In this document: one piece after another, positions 49,262-59,990 of the stretch
How positions within the stretch are numbered: position 1 is the stretch's first letter
Layout of the letters: every line of letters starts with the position of its first letter
Assembly: GCA_003427395.1 (NCBI GenBank)
Contig: BFEA01000011.1
Span: forward strand, 2,494,002-2,558,001
Length of the DNA: 64,000 nucleotides
Direction of reading: 5' to 3'
DNA from: Chara braunii
Taxonomy: Eukaryota > Plantae > Charophyceae
Position numbers and translations under genes: made by a program
The notes under the pieces: generated by a model
The model's input: only the letters and a program-made list of their open reading frames with translations
Databases searched by the model: none
What the model was told of the DNA's origin: nothing

Positions 49262-50111
49262 TGAAACGGTATTCACCTTTCTGAAGTCACAGATGCGGGC
49301 CCTAGAGTTCGATCCCTAGACCTTACCTTGCCCATGTACAGTATCGAGCTGAACCCCGAGTGTTTGAACCTGTGACCTGTGTTTTGGTAATTTAGCGTTG
49401 TCTGTCGTAGGTCTGTCTAGCTGTAGGGGTTCGATCTGTAGGAAGAGGGGGCCCTAGAGTTCGATCCCTAGGCCTTACCTTGCCCATGTACAGTATCGAG
49501 CTGAACCCCGAGTGTTTGAACCTGTGACCTGTGTTTTGGTAATTTAGTGTTGTCTGTTGTAGGTCTGTCTAGCTGTAGGGGTTCGATCTGTAGGGTAATT
49601 TAGTGTTGTCTGTAGTAGGTCTGTCTAGCTGTAAGGGCAGACCAGCGGCAAACAGAAGTATAAATCAAGAAGCAGTGCCCAGCAATTCATTCGTTCGCTG
49701 CGTAAGCCATGCGGAAGTGCTGCTACAGCGTCTTGTGCGAGGTGGTCTGCAAGTCGCCCGAAGTCGAAGTGGGCTGAAGAGAGACAACGTAGCTATAGTT
49801 AGTAGTAGTAGAGCGGCCATAGCCGCTGTAGAAGGAAGATAGGTTGAGTGTGTGTGTGTGTAAGAGAGGGAAGCGTGTGGAATATTCAGGGAGATCCAGA
49901 GTTGAGTGTATGCGGACGGTGGTGTTGAACACAGTTACGAGAGTTGGGATGTGTTGGCGCAGATACACCATAGTCTGTTGAAGCGAGTTTGCATCTGAAC
50001 TGTGTTTTCGATTTTCATATCTTTGAGCTTTGAGTGAGCGCTTTGCGCTAGTGTGAAATCGCCATCTGTTTGCATATATGTGCAACGAGGAAGAAAGCGA
50101 GTCTGATTGCA
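49262..50111. mobile_element. Solo LTR inserted in the LINE endonuclease domain, with an internal ~155-bp tandem duplication
   Basis: TG...CA ends, 4-bp TSD attc; removing it restores HPQDREFTFWG. Confidence 0.8.
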
Positions 50112-52364
50112 ATTCCCTGTCCTGTGGGTGCAGTGTTCGGTAGGAATCTGTGCACCCCAACGGCGTCATCCTGCTAAGAAGCGCCAGAGAGTCTGCTTCC
50201 ATAGGCCTTGCAATAGCCGAGTCCAGAATCGGGTCCACGACCGAATTGAAGTCACCTGCTATGATGATTTTTTTCACATCTGGAGTGAGGGTCTGCAGCT
50301 GCTCCCACATTCTGCGCCGCGATCCAACCTCTGTTGAGGCATACACTGTAACCAGGCCCCACAGTTCCTCCCCCCATTGCAAGATCACCCAAGCCCACCG
50401 ACCTCTCAAGTCAAAATACCAATCTGTGATTTCCCCTCTGAACTGGGGGAAGACCAGAATACACACCCCCCGTTTTGTTCCCTGTGCTGGGGCCCACACT
50501 TGGTGCCCCTTCCACCACAATGCCGATCTGCTGTCTTGCCCTCATCCAGCTTTGTCTCCTGCAAGCAGACAACGTCAATCTGTTCCCTTTTGACCTTCTC
50601 TGTCATCTCCCTTCTTTTGCGCAATATCGATCCCGCCCCCAATCCTCTAACATTCCATATCATAACCTTCAACCGGTTACACTCTATTTCCCATCATCCT
50701 ACCTTATCCCACTCGCTCCTTCTCCCACTCGTACTCCCATCGTACTGTATTTCTAGTTATTTAAGTTGCTGTGTCCAACCGGTTACATTGTCTATTTCCC
50801 GTCATCCTACCTTATCCCACTCACTCATCGTACTGTATTTCTAGTTATTTAAGTTGCTGGGGGGGGTACCACTTCCCCTGTGGCACCCTGCGGGATAATA
50901 TATCCCTACACCATGTACTTACTCCTCCCTCGCCCATTTCCCCATTCCCTCCTGAAATTGTGCATTTCCCACTTTCTCTTCCCGTGGTAGGTGTGCATTA
51001 ACCCTGTTCAAAATGGTGAGCGAGGTCGTGTATATGATATGGTAGATCCAGGGAGTCGGTGCCCGGCCATATGCTTCCGCAAAATCAATCCATTGCAGAC
51101 TTCTACAACGCAATCTCGGGCCGCCTGGCTTCTTAGGAATGGCCTCCAGGAAGTATATGATCACTGCATACTCCTTCCCTTCAGCCGTACGACGAATGAA
51201 GCGCAAGGCTGACATGCCTGGCAGCGACATAATCTCATACGAGCCCACCCACTGCTTCACTTTCTTAAGGACGAGCTGTTCCTGCAGAAGTTGATTAACA
51301 CTGAAGATGGGCACCTCTGTCTGTCCGTCCATCAACATCCTAATACCTTCTGGTGCCCTCCAGAGGATGATGGGGCAGACATAACACTCCCCCTTGTCCA
51401 AAATCGATTTCAGGCCCGTCTCGGCCCTCTCCTGTCTCGTCAGCTCCTGCAGTGGGTCCTGCTGTTGCATATCCTCCCCACCCTCTTCTCCACAGTCTTC
51501 CTCTGCAGCCTGCCCTCCCCCTCCTTCTGCAAGGGTCCCTGTCGACCTTGACTGCCAGTCTTCCTCTTGTTCCTCCCTCCCCACCTCATTATCCTCACCC
51601 TCCCACTCATCTGTCCACTGATCCATCCCATGACCCGACTCCGAAGCTTCAGTATTTGCCATATCCAACATGTGTGTTTCATCCGGAATGTCTTCCTGTT
51701 CCTGCTCAGTTCTACTCATCTGCCCTCCTACCACCGGCATGCCAAAACTCGCTTCCTTTGGAATGGGGGAGGGCGATGGTGAAGTATCTCTACGACTCGA
51801 CCCTCCAACCCAAAACCTTGGTCCCAGACCTGCCCCTCCCAGGGGGGAGTGCTCCCTTTCTCACGGACCAGTCTGCTTGTCCGATTCTTGCGAGGAGTAC
51901 GTAGGGACTAGAAAACACTCCACAGAAGAGGAACTCTTCGATGGCCCCTTCGTTAGCTGCTTAGCTCTTTGTTTATCCCTCCGTGATGGCCGGGTTCGCT
52001 TGTCTCGTTCCGCAACAATAGGTGGTTCATACACCGGCCTCTGTGGGTCCAGAAGTGTTCTGGATTCAATTGAGGTAGCTTCCCCCTTTCCCTCGGTCGT
52101 TCCACCATCCTCCTTACCCACCTCCTGCGGATCCATTCTCCCCATATCGTTATCTTCACCCTTCTGTTCCTTATTCCCATCTGAGCCTTGCTTTTCTTCC
52201 GTCAGTGCCTGCCGTGTAGAGTCCCGGTTCTGACCCTGCTCCCCTATGTTCCTCTGTCCCTGTCCTTCGCCTTCCTCCTCTTCTTCCGTTACACTTCTTT
52301 CTTCAATACCCAGGCTGCTACCCAAATCCACCGTTTTGCCCCCAACCATCCCATCCTGCCCTTG

Positions 52365-53671
52365 TGTTACATGCCCAGTTGGGCGATGTACGTATAAAAC
52401 CGAGGATCCACAATGTGATAAAAAGGACTCAATGGACAATGCAGTGCAAGTGGAATCTCAACAAGCAATGTGCATTCTGATACATACAAAATGGCGCCTT
52501 GTGGCGCAGCGGAAGACTTAGATACAAGTCCTGACCTGACCGGGACTGACCTCTATCACGTAGTGCAAGACAGCGCAGCAGAATGCTAGGATACCAGTGA
52601 CTAGCCCAATCAACGTTGCAACGCAGACCCAACATACATCATTCTCATCACAAGTGTGAAGGGGCCTGGTGCTATACACAAGAAGAGGGCGCCAGGTCCA
52701 GATCATGCACAGACGAAGAGGAGGGGAACAGACGAAGAAGAGGGGGAGAGATGGGAATGTCGTCAACACCAAGTCTTTGTTACAAGTCCCAAATAATCCC
52801 TCGTCAAAATGTCTGAAGCCCAAATGTCGAGTCTGGATCCAAATGTCACCAATCCCGCTCTCTCATAGTCTGCTGATGCAGTGAAGTCAGGTAGCGAGAG
52901 GGTGAGATGGAGATGGTGGACTGAGAGGAGGAAGAAGAAGAACTATCTCTCTCATATGCCAGGTACTAACGTGTGAAGTTGGTGCTGTGCTGCAGGTACC
53001 TCGAAGGCGAAGCTGGAGCTATGGCGCTGCAGGTAAGTATCCCTGGCCTCCGCCCAATCTCCCTCTCTCTAGTACTACTCTAGCTCCTAAGAGCGCCCAG
53101 CGCTGAAGACTACTGCTAACGCTACTAGCGCCCAGCGCTGAAGACTACTGCTAGCGCTACTACTACTCCTGCAGCGCTCCTCCAGAGTGCTGCTGCCGAA
53201 TCCTGAAGACCTCCTGCCTCCTGAACTGCACGTGAAGTGCCTGGGAAGTACCTAGGAACTACCTACCGGCCTGCAGGGCGGGCCAGTCCTATATAGTGCT
53301 GGCCCGTCCAGGAGGCTGCTCTTGCCAATGCCGAAACGTGCCAGACCCTGGTGTTGAAGCTCAACCAGGGGTTGTTTTGAAAACAGGCCCGAAATGGCCT
53401 GTGCTAAAACCCTGGTTTGTTGCCTGAGTTTCAGGGCGGGTTGAATTGATGAGGGCCTGAAAATGGCCCTCAGTGTCAGGCTGAAAACAGTCAGGGCCGG
53501 AAAGGCCCTGATTTAGCCTGAAACGACACAAGGCCTGTAGGCCCTTGTTTTCAGGCTTTCAGGCTGAAACGACACGGGGCCTGTAGGCCCTTGTTTTCAG
53601 GCTTTTGGCCTGAAAACGTCATGGGCCTGAAAGGGGGCCCGTGCAGCCTGTTGCAGGTGCAGCATGTAACA
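52365..53671 (-). mobile_element. Solo LTR inserted in LINE ORF1
   Basis: 10-bp terminal inverted repeat tgttacatgc, 5-bp TSD ccttg; removing it restores ETAITQGQDGMVGG. Confidence 0.88.
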
Positions 53672-55239
53672 CCTTGTGTTATGGCGGTCTCGTTGCCCCC
53701 ACCTTCCATACCCACTCCCCCCTTCTGTTTCGCTTGGCGACTGCTATCAGAATCCTTGTCATCTACCTCCCCTTCATTCACCCCCCCCCTGCACTGGTTC
53801 CTGCGACAGGGCCTGCTGACAATTGGTGAGCTGTGTATCTGGTACCTTCTCGCCCTCCTCCATCTTCGGCTGAGCTTCCGCCTGACTCCCTTGTTCTCTT
53901 TCAGGCCTTTGTTGCTCCGCTCCAGGCATTTTTTGGCTTCTCTCATCCCCCGAGGACTGCCCGGCCTTCCATTTCCGCTCCATTCCAAACAACCAGTGAG
54001 GATCATCTGTCTGCATGGGGTCATCCTCCCCCTGCCCACAAGACATTGCGACGGTACCCCCCTCCCCCCTCCCCGCTTCACCTTTCTTCTACTCCTCTGG
54101 CCTGTCGCTCTTGCCATATCCTCTTCCCCCCGTTCTCGCGCTCTTACCCCTGCCTCCTGCAGCACCAGACCGTCCATCTGAGTCTCCAAATTTCGCCGTG
54201 CCAGTCGTTCCGTCTGTGGATCAGACTGTAACACCGGATCCATCACTTTTCTTGCTTCTCTACCTTGGATTTCTTGCCAAGTTTCCACTCTTGTAAGGCA
54301 GCGGCCGTGCAGGCCCAGATGACCGTGCATGTAGCAGACCTCGCAAAACGGGGTCTCGCTTGTAATCACACACACTTCCTCAAAGCTATATGGGCCAGTA
54401 GCAACTGACACACTGTTTTTAAGCGGATTTTTCAAAGGGCCATCAATGACATACCTGGTATATTCCCGTTCCTCGTCGTCGACAACTTGCTGGTCGGCAA
54501 TTGGTCCGTAGAAGTGGTCCACGGCCCCTCTCATCCACATAGCCCCCAGAGACTACGGCTTATATACTTTGATCCATGGCCACCTCTTACGCTCAGCCAA
54601 TCTCTCCACTTGCATTTCTGCTGGCAGCTTCCACGGAAGAAGTCTCACCTGACCCTGCACCTCTGTCGTGCATATCTCTTCTACTCTTTTGTCATTGATC
54701 AGCCAGTCCCGCAACTCAACTGTAGGCGCCAGATATGTGACAGTCGTATCTCCGTCTGTATCGATATCCCCCCCAATCAGCCCTCGGCCCAAAGTCCACA
54801 TTTCTTCCATATGTAGACCCCATTCACGTTTAGTCTTACACGACCAATTACTCGCCTCCTCGGGCAATCTATACTCCACAGTATGCGCTCTGACGTACGT
54901 ATTTTGTAAGTACATAATTTCATTGGTAGGCCTCGTCATGCACAGTGCACACCCCGTGAACAGTTGCATATTCCAGCAGCCCTGTACCTTCAATCGGCTG
55001 GTGGAGCAAATGCGCCCTGCGCAAAATCTGCATGAGGCGCCATCTCTCCTGTCTCCCTCATGTCGATCTTCCAACACCTCCCCTTTTGTTCCCACAGTGT
55101 TCACTCGTCTCCCTTCTGCATTTTTTTTCCCCCCCCTTAGTCTTGAGCAGAGCAGACTGGCTTCACCCAAAGAGTGTTTGGCCATGAGGTGCCACCAGAG
55201 CAGACTGGCTACTTTCCCATGGCCCAACACTCTTTGGGT

Positions 55240-56750
55240 GAAGTTAGTCTTGAGTTCTTGGGTCTGTTCTGGATGTTGCTGGATTTGCCTCTGTACCCTC
55301 TGAAGTTAGTCTTGAGTTCTTGGGTCTGTTCTGGATGTTGCTGGATTTGCCTCTGTAGCCTCTGAAGTTAGTCTTGAGTTCTTGGGTCTGTTCTGGATGT
55401 TGCTGGATTTGCCTCTGTACCCTCTTCCATTGTGCACAGATATCGGTTTCCAGGAGATTGAGTAGTATCTCCTCTGCCTCCTTCCTGTGCATTGGCTGCC
55501 TTTCGATGGTGGTTTGGCAACGTCTCTTCCAGATAGTCCAGAAGCTGTACTGCCTTATCAGCTGAAACATGTGTTCCTCGAAAGCTTGCCAGCTTCCTGG
55601 GAGATCCAGTCCTAGTAGCCGGGTTATGCTCTCAGGGAAGGGAGCCGTTGATATTTGCTTCCAAAGACTCTTGGCCTTCTCCCATAAAACCCCTGCCTCC
55701 TGGAATAATAGGAGACAGTGTAGCACTGTCTCTGAGGTCCCTCCTTGACAGACTGTACACAGAGCATTGGCGGGGTCTTTCTGCGCTTGGCTCCTCCTCT
55801 CATTTAGCCATGCATTCACCAGGAGTGCCACGCGGACTATTAGCCACTGCATGTTTCTGACCCTTCCGACGCCTATCTTGTTGATCAGTGACCACGGTGT
55901 TTTGAGTCTGCTCTGGTGGCACCCCCACCCTGTTCTCCCAGCACTTCGACAGTGGGGCCGTCAAGGGGTGAGATCTCCTTCTCAACCTGTATCCGATTCG
56001 AGTGGTGTAATGTAAGATATTAATCCTTCTTGCCAGTCCCAATCTTCCTCCTCTGAGGTTCCATGCACATTTCCCGGGGTCGACCTCCAAGTTTTCCACT
56101 GGCGTGGATGAGCTGAAGATTGTGAATTCTTCCGTTTCCACCACTCTTACTTTGCGCAAGTACTGCAAATGTATGGTCATTGACGTTTTTGACGCCTGAT
56201 CCAGGCTTGTGGTAGCGCTTCCCAGCCTCGTGATCTCATACATGTCCGTGTTCAGCCATTCTTTCGTCATGGGCTCCTGACCCCAGATCCTGAAGGCAAT
56301 CCTTGGTTCCTGCTCCTGTTGCCAAGTGGCCCAATCGCCTAAGCCCCACTGGGTGCCTTTGCGCAGCAGTTCTAGCCAGTCCTGTGGTATGGACACCAGC
56401 AGATTGTTGAGAGTTTCTACTAGTCTGTGACATCCCTTTAGTAGCTCTCTGAGATCGCCTGCTGTCTTCCACTGCTGCTTGTCCTCATCCCAGAGGTGCT
56501 TGATCTGTCATACACCATTCTCCACCCAGCTTCCCCACTTGGTGTCTTTTGCTGTGAGCGTAAGCGGGTTTTCCTTGTAGGACTTTAATGCCTGGGTTGC
56601 AAAACAGTGGTTGGCGAAGTACTGCCTCCTTTGCACTCTAGCTGGGAATATGTCCTTCCACAGCTTTACCTTGGCCCAACTGCTGCACATTACCCAGAAT
56701 AGGCCCAACATATTCGGGGGTGTCCTGTATTTGGCAATTGCCTGATTAAA
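55240..56750 (-). mobile_element. LINE ORF2 C-terminal fragment, related to the 28.3-kb copy
   Basis: CTVC...ETVLHCLL, ARRINILHYTT and LFWVM shared with the 28.7-30.2 kb region. Three 62-bp tandem repeats at 55239-55424. Confidence 0.88.
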
Positions 56751-57272
56751 TGTAAAGTCAGTTTTCTATTTCTCACAGGCGCAATGTTGCCTCCTCCAGC
56801 GAGTGAGCTCAGCATCAACTCGCCCGGGCAGAATGACTGCCCGAACTGTGGCAGGGCCTGCTTTTGAAGTGTTGACTTAGCCATGGCCAGCCTCAGGTTG
56901 CCTCCTGGGACGGCTGAGATTTTCTTGACCTGTGCGGCCAGGATTGAACGTGGCCTGTGTGCCTGTACCCAGTGAGTCCGGAAGTTTCTGGAAACTTTGC
57001 TGTGCCTTTGGACTGTGTGTGATCTGTGGCCTCATTGGGTCTGACTTCCGGAAAAATCTTTGACTCTTGGTCTACTCTGCCCAGGTTGGCCCTGACTGTT
57101 GACTTTCCTCAGGCCTGGGGTGACTTTTTCAGGCTATGAGGGTTTCTCTAAGGCCCCATTCCCCAGTTCATTTGACCTGACTTCTAATCCCAGGACTCGG
57201 ACTCAGTGAGAGACATGACCCTAGAGTGATTCCAGAGTCCTTCCACTCATGTTTTCTTGCACACTCTTCACA
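56751..57272. mobile_element. LTR-like fragment between two LINEs
   Basis: Begins TGTAAAG exactly where LINE homology stops and ends ...TTCACA. No TSD. Confidence 0.35.
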
Positions 57273-57279
57273 GTGTAAG

Positions 57280-57326
<47 letters not shown>

Positions 57327-57329
57327 GGG

Positions 57330-59990
57330 ATATAGGAATTCCCCATTCGTCCGATTCCTTTAGTAAGGTGGTCCATTGTGTAGGAATGCTATGTTGGATT
57401 TGCGTTAGGTAGGTGGCCAGCGAGTGGCATCCTTTTAGTCTGGTGCGCAGTTCTTGTTCGGTGATCCAGTCGTTCTTCTCTTGTGACCAAATGTGCTTTA
57501 TTTGCCACACCCGGTCCAGTACAGGATTGGTGTGGACGGGGCCTGAGTGTGTGGCTCGGTCCTGGCTCTTATGTGTGATCGTCCTGTCTTGATCGTCCAT
57601 CCCTTCGCCATTATCCAGAAGAGCCCTGACATGTTGGGAGGGGTAGTTATTGGTGCCAGATTCCTTATGCTGTCCAAGGCCATCGTGGTTCATGGTAAGT
57701 GCTGTCCGATAAGGATCTTGATGATCCATTTCATCTTTAGGGCTATAGACTCCTGTTTGGGGTCTACTAGGCCTAAGCCGCCCTCCTGTGGTTTTCTGAT
57801 GATATAACTCCATGCTACCCTGTTGATACAGGTGGATCTGTTGGGGTCCCCAGTCCAAAGGTAGCATCTTGCCCTAGCCTTTAATGTTTTGAGGTCGTCG
57901 TCAGGGGGGGACCATATTGACGCCACGTACCATAGTGTGGAGAAGACAGCCGTGTTTATGATTAAAGCTCTGCCGATTAAGGAGGCCTGTGCGTTTTTAC
58001 ACGGCGCCAGGCGAGTGATTCCCCTTGCGATTAATTTTTGTCCCATCCCTGGCCACACTCCTGCTTTGTTTACCATGATGCCTATGTATCTAAGTGCTTG
58101 ATAGCCTGTAGACCAGGACATGGGTGTAGTGGCGTTGTCCGGTTGGGGGGGAATGCCGTCTGAGAGCCACCAGCCTTCGGTTTTGCCACAGTTGACCTTC
58201 ATTTCGGATGCTAGACGAAAGGCTTCCAAACGAGGGCCTGGAAGGAGCTATTGTTTGCTCGGACAAGCACTGCGAGATCGTTTGTGAGCATCAAAGCCGT
58301 GGGTAAGTTCAAGTCGTGCATAAGGTTGAAGTTCCTCTCTGTGAGGCGGTCTATAGAGGGGTCCTTACGCAGGAAGGAGGCTATGGCTTCCATGATAAAG
58401 AGAAAAATGGAGGAGCCAAGGGGTCGCCTTGTCGTACGAATCTCGAAACTGGACATGTGTCTGACATTATTTTGTTGATCTGCACTCTACCTGTTGCATA
58501 TGAGTACAGGACTCTGACCCATTCTCTGAATCTTCGACCTACCCCCATTTTTTCCATGCATGCGTGAAGGAAATCCCAGTTGACTTGATCGTACGCCTTT
58601 TCAAAGTTGAAGAATAGGATAGCTGCCTTCATCCTTTTTTCGGTGATCTTCTTTGCTGCTTCGTTTAGTGTCATCACGTTGTCTAATATGTATCTGCTGG
58701 GAATGAAGCCTGCTTGATCAATGTGGAAGCATTCGTCGGTCAGTTTTATGATTCTGTTGGCCAGCGCTTTTGCGAGGATTTTGTACGGCGTTGTGAGGAG
58801 TGAGATAGGTCTGTAATTTTTCAGATCCTCCTCGTCGCCCTTCTTGTGCAGCAATGGCACCACACTGGTACTCAGCTCCTGGACTAGTCCTCCCTTTATC
58901 CTTCTGTCGTTGAAAAACTCAAGCAGGTCGGCTCTTAGTATTGACAGAAGTGCGGCCAGAATTCTTTCGATAGCCCGTCGATACCTGGTGATTTGTCGTT
59001 ACCCGTTTGGGCCAGTGCTGTTTGCAGTTCGGTCAGGATGATTGGCCTATCCAAGCCCTCGGCGTGGGACGATGAGATTGTTTTGTCCAGGTAGGACATC
59101 ATGTGTTGGCGGGCTAACAGATTGGCTGAGGCTGGGGGTGTTGGTATCCTAGATTCATAGAGGTCTGCATAGAACGCTCTCGCCATCCCCACCATTTCAG
59201 CACCGGTATACTTGACCCTGCCTTGGTCGGTCGGGTCCTTTAATCCCTCAACCATGTCGTTCCTCGCGTTGGATTTTATCTTGGAGGAGAAGAATTTTGT
59301 CATGGATTCATTGAGTGCGTAGTCCTTCATTCGGGCTCGTAGTTGGAGTCCGCTAAGTTCCCACCTTCTCCATTCGTTTAGTTCTTCTTTGGTTGAGGAA
59401 GCAGTTCCTGATAGAAGATGTTGGTGGGGTCAGTAGCCAGGTTCAAACAAAAAGCAAAGAGTCTCACGGTCGACAACCGATCCATTTGACGAAGATGGAG
59501 GTTGGGATTTTTTCGCTACAGCAGAGGAGAAGCGACGTTGGAATGTCTGTGTCGAGGCCATCTTGGCCGATAGTGGGGACAGCTGAGTGTGGGATGGGGG
59601 AGGGAGGGAAGGTGGGGGGAGACCGTCGGACGTTGTTAGTTATGGGGGATGGGATTGGAGTTGCCTGTGCTTGATAGGGCGGGGTTGGTTGATCTAGTCG
59701 TTCATTTGTTTTTTTTTTTAATTAATTAATTAATTATTAATTTATTTATTTATCATATCCCTTAAGCAGCATTGGCCCCTCAATCATGTTGTTCCTCGCG
59801 TTGGATTTTATCTTGGAGGAGAAGAATTTTGTCATGGATTCATTGAGTGCGTAGTCCTTCATTCGGGCTCGTCGTAGTTGGAGTCCTCTAAGTTCCCACC
59901 TTCTCCATTCGTTTAGTTCTTCTTTGGTTGAGGAGAGCAGTTCCTGATAGAAGATGTTGGCGGGGTCGGTAGCCAGGTTCAAACAAAAAG
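57330..59990 (-). mobile_element. LINE ORF2 RT fragment with a ~533-bp tandem duplication at its 5' junction
   Basis: KSPGIDGL, NYRPISLL, NFEKAYDQV, VRQGDPLA, GGLGLVD. 59244-59776 is duplicated at 59777-60303. Confidence 0.9.

Larger units (their letters stand above)
43705..55135 (-). mobile_element. Near full-length decayed L1/Tx1-like LINE (ORF1 ~50919-55130, ORF2 ~44556-50672) interrupted by three solo LTRs
   Basis: APE endonuclease (MIWNVRGL, VCLQETK, IIAGDFN, SRIDMIW, SDH), RT (DLEKAYDRV, VRQGCLLSP), zf-RVT. ORF1 has CEVCYMHGHLGLHGRC. Confidence 0.93.
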
